Shown here: in pieces, positions 12,200 to 25,361 of the stretch
Numbering within the stretch: the stretch's first letter is position 1
Layout of the letters: each line of letters begins with the position of its first letter
Source of the DNA: Carcharhinus longimanus
Lineage: Eukaryota
DNA length: 63,689 bases
NCBI GenBank assembly: GCA_030264375.1
Contig: JASCQW010000043.1
Location: 63,847,328-63,911,016, forward strand
Direction: 5' to 3'
Notes under the pieces: model-generated
The model's input: only the letters and a program-made list of their open reading frames with translations
Databases searched by the model: none
What the model was told of the DNA's origin: nothing
Translations under genes and position numbers: made by a program

Positions 12200-12530
12200 G
12201 GCTGACACTCCTCTGACCCAAGAAGCCGCTCAGTGGTTAAGAATGTTGCTCGCTGTCAGAACATTCCCGTCAAGGGCATTGCCCCAGTGACATCCAGATC
12301 AGAGAGTAAATCAGGGCGCAGATAGGCAGAAAGCTCTTTTGATTAGTTGACAAGTTGACTGAGGTTGGCCAAAATGCTGCCATGGAGACACCAATCAGTA
12401 CCCTTTCCTCCTGTAATGGAAATTGTTGCGATCATTTGAAATTTAGCATTCTTGTGTTTGTCCTGATGAGTGCAAGAAGAAAAGCTTCGGCAACACATCC
12501 CCCTTTCCAGCAATATTCGAGCTTCAGATA
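12200..12530 (+). mobile_element. Penelope-like terminal repeat (solo) with hammerhead-like motif
   Basis: TTAGCATTCTTGTGTTTGTCCTGATGAGTGCAAGAAGAAAAGCTTCGGCAACAC, homologous to the end of the Penelope at ~19540-19600 and to 30200-30285. Confidence 0.55.
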
Positions 12531-12649
12531 ATTGTCAAGCCTGGGTCTGAATTGTAGGCAGAGGCAACTGAATGGACATCTAGAAAAATAAATACGTGAA
12601 ATATCTGAAGTTCTTGTAATACAGAACATGAGTTTTGCTTAAAAATGTG

Positions 12650-12766
12650 ACAGTCAGAGATGGAGGATATATCAGAGTGTTACAGCGTTGGGTGTGGGAT
12701 ATATCAGAGTGTTACAGTGAGGGGTGTGGGATATATCAGAGTGTTACAGTGAGGGGTGTGGGATAT
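12650..12766. repeat. 32-bp minisatellite running into an assembly gap
   Basis: GATATATCAGAGTGTTACAGTGAGGGGTGTGG recurs at 12666, 12698 and 12730. Confidence 0.9.
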
Positions 12767-13665
12767 NNNNNNNNNNNNNNNNNNNNNNNNNNNNNNNNNN
12801 NNNNNNNNNNNNNNNNNNNNNNNNNNNNNNNNNNNNNNNNNNNNNNNNNNNNNNNNNNNNNNNNNNTTTCCTCCCACATCCCAAAAACGTGCTCTTAGGC
12901 TGATTGGTGTAACAAATTGTCCCTAAATTAGTCTTCCCTCAATTTTCTCCAGTAGGTGTAGACAAAGGCCATGGGTAGAGGAGGGCACTCAATGTTAAAA
13001 TGGCGGCATGGGCTCGTTGGGCCGAAGGGCCTGTTTCCCCGTGCTGTGTTCTTTGTTTTGTATCTTTGTAAGCATCTATTCTTTGAAGTTATAGAAATTA
13101 CATGGAATGCCCATCACCAAAAGAGGCCAATCAACTTTTGACCATTATGTCTGGTTCCGCTTCACATGAGACTTCCCACTGCTCTTCATTTTGCCCTATC
13201 TACATATAACTTGATACATTTCTTTATGATCTACTCTTCTGGCTTTCCCTTAAGTGCATCTGTTACTTGCTCAACTATACTTGTGGTAGCAAATTTCACA
13301 TTCCCATTATCCCAGGAACCTTAGTTACGGACTTTCAAGAGGAAATATCTTCTCTCGATCCACCTTTTTTGTGCCCTTCACAATTTTTAATGTGTTGTGA
13401 TGCTTCCTTTATTAGTGAAACAACTGATGGGTTTCTAGCAATGTTGGATATTATATTAGCTATTGTGAAACTGATTTTTAGGTTAAAGCTTGTTTTGGTT
13501 CACCGACGTAAAACTGTAGTCATTTTTGCTATACTGATTGTTGGCAACTGTGTGGATGTGAAGAGGCAAGTAAAAGAATATGGAAGAAAATGTTTTCTTA
13601 AATCTGTTCAAAAAAAATTGATGTTTATGATTTAACCTGCGTTGCTGTATGACTAGAATACAATG

Positions 13666-13951
13666 GGGTCAGCACAGTGGTCAGCACTGCTGCCTCACAG
13701 CGACATGGTTTGATTTCTGATTTGGATCACTGTCTGTGTGGAGTCTGCATGTTCTGCCTGCGTCTGTGTGGGTTTCTTCTGGATGGTCTGGTTTCCTCTC
13801 TGTCTGAAAGGTGTGCTGGTTACGTGCATTGGCCATGCTAATTTCTCCCTCAGTGTACCTGAACGGGCGCCAGAGTGTGGTGACTAAGAGGATTTTCGCA
13901 GTAACTTCACTTCCAGTGTGTGTAAGCTAGTTGTGACACCAATAAATAAAC
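13666..13951 (+). mobile_element. V-SINE with type-B tail
   Basis: tRNA head and V-domain, then CTCAGTGTACCTGAAC...CAGTAACTTCACTT...GTGACACCAATAAATAAAC. Confidence 0.8.
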
Positions 13952-14619
13952 TAAGAACACAAAATTAAACTGCTTTTAAATTAGCACTTAATTGTAAACT
14001 TGGTCTATGATCAGAAATAATTAACTGGAACATTTGTCATAGTTGAAGTGAATTCCAAGAAGAAAAATTAGCAAGGCTGTGGTGAAAAAGTGGGGAAGTT
14101 GCATTAGGTATTCAGTTGTGTTGGGTGCACGAGTTTATTGCAAGTGTTCTACCTACCATTTTAAGCTGAATCATTCTAGATGTTTGATATTGTGAAGCCC
14201 TGACAAACATGGAGCTGTGGTATTATGGCACAGTCTTCTTGTGATCCTGTCAGTTTTAAAAAAAAATGAAAGCAAACAGTCTATTGACAATGTTGAATGC
14301 AAAGAAAACATCTTAGGTTGGAGCACACAAGATCAGCAACATACATTTATAAAGTACTTTCAATTTGATGTAGCTAAACCTTCCATGGTGCTGTACAGAG
14401 GTATGATTAAAATCTTGGATGCTGAGCTAAGGAGGGAAATAAAATATTAGGAGGGGCATCCAAATGCAACTGAACATTGCTCTTGCAGAGAGCCAGTGGA
14501 GATGATGGGCCAAATGGCTTCCCATGCTGTAAACATTCTATGATTCCATGAATACACATGATTTGATTTTGTATTGTTGAAATATTTCTCATTAAATTCT
14601 ATCTTGGTATTGGTAAAAT

Positions 14620-14960
14620 ATATTCATGGATTAGGTGGATAATCTTGAATCAGGAAGGATGTTTTCAATGGAGGGGTGTCCAGAACCAGGGTGAGGATGT
14701 GGGGTAAACTATTAAGGATTGAGATGGGGAGAAATTTCTTCACCCAGAGAATTGTCAGCTGGTGCAATTGTCTACTACAGAAAGCAATTGAGACCACAAC
14801 ATTGTTTTCAACAAAGAGTTGGATATAGCTCTTGGGGATACAGGGATCAAAGGATATTGAGGAAAACAAGGACAGTTACAGAGTTGGATGATCAGCCATG
14901 AGCAGGAGGAGCAAGCTCAAAGGGCTGGATGGCCTACTCCTATTTTCTATATTTCTATTT
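14620..14960 (+). mobile_element. CR1 LINE 3' end
   Basis: GAAATTTCTTCACCCAGAGAATTG...TGGCCTACTCCTATTTTCTAT tail. Confidence 0.7.
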
Positions 14961-15299
14961 CAGACTGTACAGAGTACAACCTGTCAACTAGCTGTTAAAA
15001 TGTTATGATCCCTTATGGTGCTGCTGAATGACTTTGAGGGTATTGTTCTTCTGTCAAGATTTGGCATTCATCCATGCTGAATATGTTGGGGTGGTGTTCA
15101 GTATGCTTTTAAAATGTTTCTATTTCAGACTGTACAGAATAACCAACTCTGGTTTGTCACTGCCTCTTGTCAACTTTTTGTTTGACATTCGGTTCTAGTC
15201 GACGTGAAGCTTCCTCTGGTTAAAGATTAGGAACAGTGAAGCCATTTTCAGCCCCTGCCACAGATTCATCATGTGGCAGGGACTGAACGAAATGGATCT

Positions 15300-15900
15300 T
15301 CATCTCCAAGCCTATCTGCTTCTCTTTCATAATGTCAGTCCTGCGTGGCCTAAATGCTGCTGACACCCTCATCCATGCTTTTTCTGCTTTCACACTTGAC
15401 TATTCAGTATTCTCCAGGTCAGCCTCTTCCACTCTCCATAAACATGGACTCATCCAAAGTTTTGTTGCTTATGTCCTAACTCACATGGAGTCCTATTTAC
15501 CTGTCATCTTTGTGCTTGCTAACTTACACTGGTTCATGGCCCACTAGAGATTTTACCGGTCTTCACATCTCTCTAGGACTTTACTTGGTGTCCTCCTTAC
15601 TTTGGTAAGTTCATTCAACCTTTCTCCTCCATGTCTGACCTATTACATTTCAGTCACTTCCTTCCCCACCCCCCCACCATAAAAAAGGCCTGTTGTCCCT
15701 ACAATGGCCCAAGCTTTAAATTCTTTCCCTAATGTTCTAACCTCTCCACCATTCCTTTCAGTTTACTTCTAAAAATCTGTCTCTTCGACCAAGATTTTAG
15801 TCAGGTATTTTTAGTAGCTCCTGCTTCAATTTTTTATCTGCATTCCTGTGAAGTACCTTGGCATATTTTATAACACTAAATACTCTACCACAATATCGTT
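15300..15900 (+). mobile_element. L2-type LINE 3' fragment
   Basis: Encodes AADTLIHAFSAFTLDYS...LHKHGLIQSFVAYVLT...LANLHW, an L2 C-terminal signature. Confidence 0.65.
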
Positions 15901-16331
15901 CCTCATGTAGGGTTATTCCCAGCGAATGGCAACACCACTTGGTTGAATAGGCTAATTCTGTGACTAGCTTGTTAGCTGCTTTTGGGATCTGTAGATTCTG
16001 CAAAGGGGCAAAGTACATTTTATTGTGGTTCCCAGGGATTTTACGGGAAACCGTGTTTAAAATTATTATATTGTTGAGGTAGAGGCACTTCATACTTGTT
16101 TTTCATGGCTAAGTTTGTTTTAAGTTTTACTGTACAATGAATTACAAAAATGTGCTGAACTATGACCAGATACGTATTCTCTAAAGGTTGTATTTGAATT
16201 CTGTATAAAAGTCACTGCTCTATTTTTCATTAACCTAGTAGGTTTCAGTGTTGGAATTAGGAAATTGTCTGCTAAATATGTATTAGGCTTTAACTCTAGT
16301 TAATGTTGCTTTCACTTCTAACTTTTTGTAG

Positions 16332-16488
16332 CTGTCGTTCAGATGAAATGGAAGAGCTGAAGTTCTGGAAGTTCGAAGGAATTGTAGTTTTGGTGGGGGT
16401 AATTTTTGCCATCATTGTTATGTTTAGACAAAGGACACTAGATAGACGTGCTGAACAAAAAGTGCGACGGCAGCTAGAGGCGATTTAG
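16332..16488 (+). CDS. JTB: JTB last coding exon (transmembrane helix and cytoplasmic tail)
   Basis: TTTTTGTAG| acceptor. Encodes (S)CRSDEMEELKFWKFEGIVVLVGVIFAIIVMFRQRTLDRRAEQKVRRQLEAI*, versus human SCRSALMEQRLFWKFEG...RQRQLDRKALEKVRKQIESI. Confidence 0.95.
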
Positions 16489-16800
16489 GTTTCTCACAAT
16501 TTTATTGATGTTTGAGTGTTTTGGAAGAGAAAAAGCAATTTGTTTTTTGAATTAACTTTTCTTGAACTGTCTATCCTCAATGTTGTGTTTATTCTACATT
16601 CATGATTCCACCCATGTATATTGCAGAAATGTAAGAGTTCACACTTTTTGTTTTAAAAAATATTACTGTAACTTCCCAAATGGCTACAAATGTTGAGGTG
16701 TAATATCTGAAGAAACCATTACTGGTTAGACATTTTCAATATGTATAATATTTATATGAAAAGTAATTGTAATATAAAAGTTCTATTTATGTAGAAAATT

Positions 16801-17350
16801 AATAAAATTGGGAATGGTCTGATCAGTATTTTGTTTTACCAAATGAAATTTAATTTAAAATATTTTCTTTTATTAAAATCATAATTGTACATTGGCACTG
16901 ATTTCAATTTATAAATTATTGTACTAGTATTGACTATTTTGTACTTTGTGCTGAACTTTGTTTGTATTTCCCCATTCTGCCCCTTCTCCCCTTTGAATGT
17001 AATCTAAATGTTGTATTAAATACAGTTTTGAATGCATATGAATTGTCTGTTTGGTGTTTGTGTGGCATAAAGTCATAAAAACTGTCAGTAGGTTTTGAGA
17101 AAATACTGAATAGCCAACAAGAAGTAAAACTGTGTAGGTTGGTGTTGTATAGAAAAACAAGCCATCTTTTTCTTAACCCAAAAACAAAGTTTTGTTTAAC
17201 TAAGGTTTGATACATTACCCGGGGTTATTATTTCCTCAAAAGCATATGCTTGAATCTGGCCTCACTGAGAATGCTGTTACACCTGTACAGCTAAAATGCT
17301 GGTATTTATCTTAATGTACAAAATTGGACAAATGAAATCCAATAAATAAA
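16801..17350 (+). terminator. Candidate JTB polyadenylation signals
   Basis: AATAAA at 16801 and AATAAATAAA at 17341 in an AU-rich 3' region. Usage is unverified. Confidence 0.45.
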
Positions 17351-17639
17351 AGCTTCATCACCTCCTCTCATTTATCAGGAAAATAATGAAAGGAAAAACA
17401 GTAGCACTTACCAATAAACTGCTTGTTGGACTTGTGTTAAGAATAATGAGCTGTTGTGTTCAATATATGAAAGGATTCATCCTCATGGTTCACTGTCAGT
17501 GTATGCGGACTGCTGAAGACACACAAGGTGATGTCCCTTTTACATCCTATTTTATCGATCACTGGTTTTGTGCAGTATGAATTGGTCAATGGTTGGGTGA
17601 GTTGCTGCAATCAGTTTTAAGCAAGTTTCATACATGGTA

Positions 17640-19605
17640 AAGGATTCATTGTTTGCAAAGACAATCTTGTATATTGAGAAATGCTGCGTTTCATGCACTC
17701 GTGTGACATTGCTAGCCTATTCACCAATGCAACGCTAAAGGAAGCTATAGACATTTGCACTGCATCAATGTATAATTGTCTGAATCTGTATTCATTGCAC
17801 TTTAAACCTCGGCAAGTCATGCAGCTGAGTTCAGTTTTAACACCACTGCATATGCCCAAATAGATGGAATTGAATCTGCAGCTGCATGCACGAATTTTCT
17901 TACACAGCTTAACGGGTTCCATTTTGCACTCAAGTTCAACTTTGAAGTGGAGCAGTCAAATGAGCTCCCATTCTTCTACATGCTATTTAAGTAGTCTGCC
18001 AATAGGTTCACTAGCACTAACTACTGCATGCCTACCTTTACTGGTGTAGGGCTATTCTATGTTCAGCCTTTTAATTTATAACTTGAGTAGCCAGACCAAG
18101 TCCTGCCATTTTTCAAACAGCTATTTATTATTCAAGCTATAGCAAGCACCCTGGAATGCCAGCTGGTGGCCAGCCAGAGTCAAAAATGCAAGTTAACACA
18201 AGCAGACATCCATATTTGATTAAAAATAAACAACATAAATCAAAGTGTGGAAATTATTGCTAGCCACTCAACTATTGATTAAGATTGCATTGTGCATAAG
18301 ATACAAATGTTAAAAACCAACCACAATCATTGCTTGTATACTTAATTATAATATCCAGTGTGAAGGTTTGATCATTGTTACAAGTTATCCTTAGCATTCC
18401 AGCTGGTGTCTGGGTTTGAAGATATCAGCTAACTTTACCAAATATCTGATTTAATGAATTCTTTCAGCTTAAGAGTCTTTGTTAGATAAATTATATTCTG
18501 AGGTTGCCTCCCTTGTAACTCGGCCTTGACACTTATCTGTGTTTGCTTTAATAAAAAGCTGTGGGTTTTCTCATCATAGTTTATATCATTTTTATATCAA
18601 AGATTATTAACCCTTTCACTGGTCAATGTGTTGGAATTGATACATTTCCATGCACTAAAATTGACTTTAGCGGCAACTTTGTCAATGGGGCTCGAGCCAT
18701 TTAGTCACTACAAGCTGAAATAGGGCACATCAAGGTCATCTGTGTAATAATGGCTACATCGCTCAGATCATTACTCTCTTTATATCACAGAAACTCATGA
18801 ATGGGCATAAGGCTGCCATTTTTCAGTCCTAAAAAATGCCCCGTGTACCTACGATTAGTCAAAGAGGTAAGCTGTTTCAAAAATTTGAGTAATAGATGAA
18901 ACTAGTTACTACTACTGCAGTTTGCAGTAACAACAAAAGTAATTTTTCCACTAACAGGATGCAGCTATCAGGCCAAAAGACATCTGCCTATCACACAATT
19001 GAGTAATATCGTACATCAGTTCTGATGTCAGGTATGTAGGCCATTCATCCCAGTGACTGGAGGGTCATATCAAACAGCTATTCGCAACACAAAGTACTGA
19101 CATACCCAGCCAATCTGTGCTTGCAAGACTCAGCATTAGATTAATTCTATGATTGTACAACACTTGCTAAACAATCCTGATTGTGCTATGAATTACACTG
19201 ACAACCAATAAGATTATCACTTAGGTGTGTAATGTGGATGCCTTATGCATACTGGAAACTACAAATAGTCACACATGGCCCTGTTCTTTGCAGTGCACCT
19301 TTTTCAACTAAACAAAACCTTGCAGGGCAGTCATCTCCTAGTGGTAATTCCCCATGATAATACTTTGACCAGAGTCAACCTGCCTGGTTTAAATGTAAAC
19401 AAAAACTTGGCTAACTATTCCCTGGTGCATTCTCCATATCAACATCTCTGCCAATCGGAATCTACTTGCCAGCCAATTATCTCTTCTCATGCAGTACAAA
19501 TTATTGTCCCCTCTACAATTGTTGTTCCCTTTATAATTGGTATTCATGCACACTTGTACTCATGAGCGCAAGACAAGTTTTATAGCATGTTTATTTTTCC
19601 ACAAT
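17640..19605 (+). mobile_element. Degenerate Penelope-like element (RT, GIY-YIG and terminal repeat), interrupted by a solo LTR
   Basis: Encodes MHSCDIASLFTNATLKEAIDIC (Penelope RT motif) and ALKFNFEVEQSNELPFF, with a GIY-YIG remnant (SNIV..F....RYVGHSSQ.LEGHIKQ) near 19000-19080. The terminal repeat is shared with 29980-30285. Confidence 0.75.
18045..18618 (-). mobile_element. Solo LTR (574 bp)
   Basis: TGTAGGG...CCCTTTCA termini, flanked by a 4-bp CTGG duplication (18041-18044 and 18619-18622). Orientation is inferred from the minus-strand AATAAA near 18125. Confidence 0.7.
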
Positions 19606-19642
19606 ATTAAAATCATATTCTAGGATTACAATTGAACATAGC

Positions 19643-19987
19643 TCAGTGGCACAGTGGTTAGCATAGCTGTCTCAGCAACAAGGACCCAAGTTCATTTCTG
19701 GCTTTGAGCGACTGTATGGAGTTTGCATGTTCTCCCTGTAGCTGCATTGGTTTTCTCTGGGGGTTCCAGTTTTCTCCCACATTCCAAAGATGTGCTGGTT
19801 AGGCAAATTGGCCATGTTAAGTTGCCCCTCAGTATTGAAAAATTTGTAGGTTAAGTGGATTAGCCATGGTAAATACACAGGGTTACAGGTGTGGAGGTTA
19901 GGCTTGGGTAAGGTGCTCTTTTGGAGAATTGGTGCAGACATGATGGGCTGAATGTCTTCTAGCACTGTAGGAATCCTATGGTTCTAT
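19643..19987 (+). mobile_element. HE1/V-SINE with CR1-type tail
   Basis: GTGGCACAGTGGTTAGCA head, V-domain, and GGTGCAGACATGATGGGCTGAATG...CTGTAGGAATCCTATG tail. Confidence 0.8.
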
Positions 19988-21448
19988 ATATGAACACTCA
20001 AATATTATTAACAAGAGGCAGAGGGAAACAAAGTCTCTATTTGAACATTAGTGGACAGATTGTATTGGGACAGTGTGTTTAACCCCAGCACTGAGCTTTC
20101 ACCCAGCTGAGACAGTTGGTGAAATACCATACTTATGAATTTTCTGCCTTTCAAGCAAAAAAAGGAATTCCCATGGAAAGGGAATAGGTTATTTAAGTGG
20201 ACTATATTTGAGGCCAGAACTTTAAACCTAGAGAGTAAGGGAATAAAAAGACACATGTTGAAAATACTACTGCTACAACTTTGCCAAGCAGAAAATCAAA
20301 ATATGAAAGAGCCTACTCACATCAATCTATTGTCTCTGACTATCAATGCCAACAGGACTAACAAACTGTAAAGAATATCAAACGAACAATGATATTATTC
20401 ATCCTCTCAGTAATCCAAAAATCACCCTCATTCTTAAATGTTCAATCAAACATGCAGATCTCACAGATTTTCAGTCCTGTCTTTCATGACATTGGTCAAA
20501 GGTCAAATCTCAGGCATATTTCAAAGATTGCCTCAAGCATGGTGAAAGACAAATAGAATATTTGTTAATTGGTTTAAAATTAGTTACTCAAATTCCCACA
20601 TTAACTTTACACAATTAACTTACTGAATATAAGAAACTAACAATTTAAAATCATTTAAAAATTTAGATGCGTTCTTAAATATTCAATGTTTTCAGAATTA
20701 GTAATCTCTTGTACAATATTGTAACAATATTGAACTCTTCTTGGGTGGGGCGGTGGGAGCTGTGTCATTGCGTTCTATTGTATTGTACTTTGTATGTCTG
20801 CTCCTTATCTCTTTTTGAAAACCAATAAAAATATTTTAAAAAAAATACTCTATTCTGGTGAAGGTCATCATTTGATCTGAAATGTTAGCTCTGTTTCTCT
20901 CCACAATTGTTGCCTACCCTGCTAAGTATTTCCATCATTTTCTGTTTTTAATTCCAAAAATAATTGAAATGAGCTCACATTACTTTTGAGATGATTGTTC
21001 ATCCAAATGATAATTTTAGTCCCAAAGTAAATGACTTCCAAAATGGTAATTAAGCAATTCTAACAAAAAAGCTGTCTACCTAAATGGCCAGCACAGTAAC
21101 CTGTAAATTAACAATAATAATTTTAAAATTAAGATACAATAAAATGAAGCAGAATGCTTAACATCTAACATTGAATATAATTTGTCTCATGTGAGGGAAA
21201 TAACTTGTGGCTTTACTATCTTTCCTCTAATTGAACATTGCAAATCTAAGCCTTGTCTGCCACAAACCCCAGTGATTTACACCCCTCAAAAGAAAGAACC
21301 AGACTGCTCACAAACTTGCAGTCCAGTTTTTTAATCCCACATAGAGTGGATCTTGGGTCAGATACTCAATTACAGACACCCTACCTCCACCACTTCCTCA
21401 ATCTGTTACCAAAACCCTGACACATATGTACATCACCTCCAGACTTAC

Positions 21449-21572
21449 TGGCTGCAATTTTACCATCGCGCCCACTATGGGAATCAGAGCAGGCGAGGGG
21501 CCCTGGGAAGGTTTGTTGACCTCAGACAGGATTTTACGGTTTCAAGACTAGTGAGGCCGTAAAATCCCACCC
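21449..21572. mobile_element. Short MITE-like element (PIF/Harbinger-like termini)
   Basis: GGCTGCAATTTTACC...CCGTAAAATCCCACCC ends, with an internal GGATTTTACGG/CCGTAAAATCC inverted pair. Confidence 0.45.
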
Positions 21573-21805
21573 ATACACTCCAACTCTCTCCTTCCTAATC
21601 TATTTTATTCCATAAACACCAGTTCATCTTCTTTCTTATACCTATCCTGTAACATGTTCTGCATAGCCATCACTCTTATTCTTCCTATTCTGCATTTGCT
21701 TTTGGTCCCTCAAAAGAAGTTCAAAATCATATCCATTACCATTTCTTATATTCTCTTCTCTGTGACATTTTCCAACTGTACCACAGCTTTCAAACTCTCT
21801 GTTCA

Positions 21806-22103
21806 GGGTGGCACAATGGTTAGCACTGCTGCCTCATAGCACCAGGGACCCAGGCTCGATTCCCAGCTTGAGTCACTGTCTGCGCAGAGTTTGCCTGTTC
21901 TCCTTGGGTCTGCATGGGTTTTCTTCTGGGTGTTCTGGTTTTCTCCCCCAGTCCTAAAGATGTACTGGTTAGGTGCACTAGCCATGCTAAATTCCCCCTC
22001 AGTGTACCCAAACAAGTGCTGGAGTTTGGCGACTAGGGGATTTTCACAGTAACTTCATTGCAGTGTTAACGTGAGCCTATTTGTGACAGTGATGAATAAG
22101 CTT
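21806..22103 (+). mobile_element. V-SINE with type-B tail
   Basis: Full head, V-domain and GGCGACTAGGGGATTTTCACAGTAACTTCATTGCAGTGTTAA tail. Confidence 0.85.
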
Positions 22104-24039
22104 TAAACTCCTCGGATTCTAGGTTTCTGTGCAACCTCTTTCTTTGAATTTATATTGATAGCAATGTCTGCAGCTGCCACGATCCCACATGCTAATATTT
22201 CCAACTCCTTTGCCTCATTTAAGAATCTGCTTAAAAGTGACCTCTTCAACCAAACTTTTGGCGTCCTTTCTAATCTCGCTTTTGGATTAGCATCCTTGTT
22301 CCTCATGCCACAGCGAAATACCAGGGAATTTTTCTATTTTAAAGGTGCTATATTGATGCAAATTATTATGGCTATGTCAAATAGATTTCATGTTCAATGA
22401 CTGAATAATGACCTTCATTAGTTATCTTGCAATATTGTGTATAAGTAAGTGGTAAACAACTATCAGCATTTTAGTATTTAAATCTAGCCTGTATCTGCTA
22501 CTAATAGCTCTTATTATTATATCAATTGACTGGATGTCTAGTGTGTGGTTCAGACTAATGCCAACAGCATGGACTCCCTTTCCAGGTGAAAACTTGGAAT
22601 CTACCAGCTTACTCGAGCATTGCGAATGGAAGGCAGTGGCAAACCACCTCTGAAAAACCTACCAAGAAAATGGCTCAGGATGAAATATCAGGAGACAATG
22701 AAGACAATTGGAAAGATCTGACTTCACACATGAGTGCATATGAATGGCTACCTGAAGTCTGCTGAAAACAAATTATTCATAAGAAAAATATTTCAATTGG
22801 TATTATATTTGGGTCAAAATTACATCAACAAATATGTCAACAAGTTCATTTAAATGTTTGGTATTCAATATGTTTGGCTCTACAGCAATGTAATTCCAAT
22901 TATTCATCAAGTCCTTTTAACGTCTCCAGGACACCAACTGCTGTCATGGAGCCCAAGTCATATTTTGATCAAAAAAAAACAGAGTACACCCATTTAATGA
23001 AAATGTTAAATAATATAGAATTAACACAGGAATATCAGTTTAAAGGTTACTTTGAGTAAATTCACAGTAAAACATTTTAACAAGTGTTAAAACTAGCTTG
23101 CAAGTACAACTCCCTTCACAACAATGTGAAGTTATTGATAAGAACTGCACACACCTAACGAATGGCATTCAGTGGTTCTTGTCTGACATGTTGCCATGTA
23201 CTTCTGATAAGTAAAACTGCAAAATAGATAAACAGAACACTAAGCCCAAAATTTTACTATCTTGTTGGATACAATACCTTGACTAAGCAACATTGATCAA
23301 CATGCCACAATATAAAGTCATGTTTCAGGAATAAATTCAAAATAGTATTTCCTGGAAGTTGGATAGGCACACTCATTATAATAGGTGGCATTTTCACCAA
23401 ATATAGGATACTTATTTAAAACTAGAAAATAGGAACCAGGAAAAGGCCATTTGGCCCTTCGAGCCTGCACTACCATTCATTATGATCATAGCTGATCGTC
23501 AAACTCAATAGCCCAATCCTACCCGCCCACCACCCCACCCCCACTTCCTTTGACTCCCTTCCCCCTTTGCCTCAAGAGCTATATCTAACTGCTTCTTGAA
23601 AAGAGTCAATGTTTTGGCCTNNNNNNNNNNNNNNNNNNNNNNNNNNNNNNNNNNNNNNNNNNNNNNNNNNNNNNNNNNNNNNNNNNNNNNNNNNNNNNNN
23701 NNNNNNNNNNNNNNNNNNNNNNNNNNNNNNNNNNNNNNNNNNNNNNNNNNNNNNNNNNNNNNNNNNNNNNNNNNNATTTACTGAGAAGTTAATCCCATTA
23801 CTCCTGGGTGATTTTCATTCTTTGGCTAAGCTGCAAGTTAGATTTGCTGCATCCAAAAACATGTTCATGAATCCAGCCGAGGCTGAAACTGAGGGATATT
23901 AATGGGGGAATACATCTGGTTTTGTAATTCCAAAATAAAAGGATTTTAAAAAAGCAATATCCATACCAGTACTAAACACCATGAAAACACCATACCCGTA
24001 CCAATACTAAAACATGATTCTAGCCAAATATGTCAAAAT

Positions 24040-25095
24040 ATGGTATTCTGATGGTATGTCACTTGAGGACCAGGATCTCAAACCTGAGACCAAGGTTTGC
24101 CAAATAACATTGAATCCTGTAGTGCTTGGGAGACTTGGGGCAGCCTGAAATAAGCATCCCATAGCATCAGAGAAGTACCGGCAGAGGTGCCTTCAAAAGG
24201 TCCTCCAAATCTACTGGCAAGAAAGACAGTCCCACAACACTGTCCTCTCCCAAGCAAACATGCCCAGCTTCAAGATGCTAATCACCAAAAACCAGCACCA
24301 CTGGACATGACATATCATTCATAAGCCTGACACCAGATTCCCAAAGTAACTGTTCTACTCAGAACTTGGTGGTGGCAGGAGATTCCCAGGAGCATGACAA
24401 ACACACTTTTAGGGAAGTCCTCAAAGCATCTGTAAAACATCAAACATCCCTGCTGATTTAAGGGAGTCCTCAGCTTGTGATTGAAAAAAATGGAAATGGT
24501 TCATTCAGGATGTGAACCAAATACACCAAAACAGAACCATTACTAAGACTATCTGAAAAATGGGGGCAGTGACTATAAGGTGAAAATTGTTGAACTCCAT
24601 TGAACCTGAAGGGCTGTAAAGTTCCTAATCAAAAAATAAGGAGCTGTTCCTCAAGCTTACATTAAGTTTCACTGGAACAGGGTAGGAGGCCAAGAGAGGT
24701 CAGACTGAGAGTGAGTCAGAGAACTAAAGTGACAATTGACAAAAAGCTCATGGTCACTCTGACAGACTGAATGATGGTGTTTCACAAAGCCTTTGCCTAA
24801 TTTAGAGGATTAGTCATGATTGAGTTGATTGGTTGCGCAGGTTCAAAGGACTAAATAGCCTACTCCTATTTTCTATGTTTTTATCATTCTAAATTTCTAT
24901 GTCAGGAACTAGCAGAGGTGAAGTTGATGCATTGGAGAGAGCATACAAATCTCCAAATAACTCAGCTACCCAACACTTCAGGCACCAGCTACCGCGCATC
25001 CGGCAGAGTCTGAAGGTCATGCATTGGATCTATTAGCCATCATAGAATCCATCAAACCACAGAGTGGAAACAAATCATCCTCGATCCCATCAGAT
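24040..25095 (+). mobile_element. RTE-clade LINE 3' fragment with nested insertions
   Basis: Encodes CL.KVLQIYWQERQSHNTVLSQANMPS and MPDTRFPK.LFYSEL-like sequence, typical of the RTE C-terminus. Confidence 0.65.
24575..24800 (-). mobile_element. Penelope GIY-YIG C-terminal fragment nested in the RTE
   Basis: Reverse strand reads ...KLEEQLLIF.LGTLQPxG..MEFNNF. Confidence 0.6.
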
Positions 25096-25361
25096 ATTTC
25101 AGATGATATGTCAATCAGTGGTATAAACTACAGAAGTCAAAATTTTAACAAGAGATGGATGATCAGAGGCAGGTTGGTAGCCAGGGTTAAATTTGGTCCC
25201 TGTGTTCTTGAACTCGAAGAAAATAAATTCCCAAGGCTCTTATTGCCATTTAGTAACAGTTGGTGAAATAGCAAATCTGTGGTCAGAGGAAGAAAGCAGA
25301 AATAGAACAGCAGTGACAACTTTGAGGCCAAAATGCTTACTCATACTTATTGTTAAGGCTC

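Noticed and set aside
12650-12766. Regularly spaced repeats as a CRISPR-like array
   Set aside because: Head-to-tail 32-bp units without unique spacers, in a vertebrate: a minisatellite.
20850-20890. Further CTGA(T/N)GA hammerhead-like motifs (also ~626, ~36264, ~41285, ~53556, ~59411)
   Set aside because: Catalytic core residues are mutated or stems are missing; treated as dead Penelope relics.
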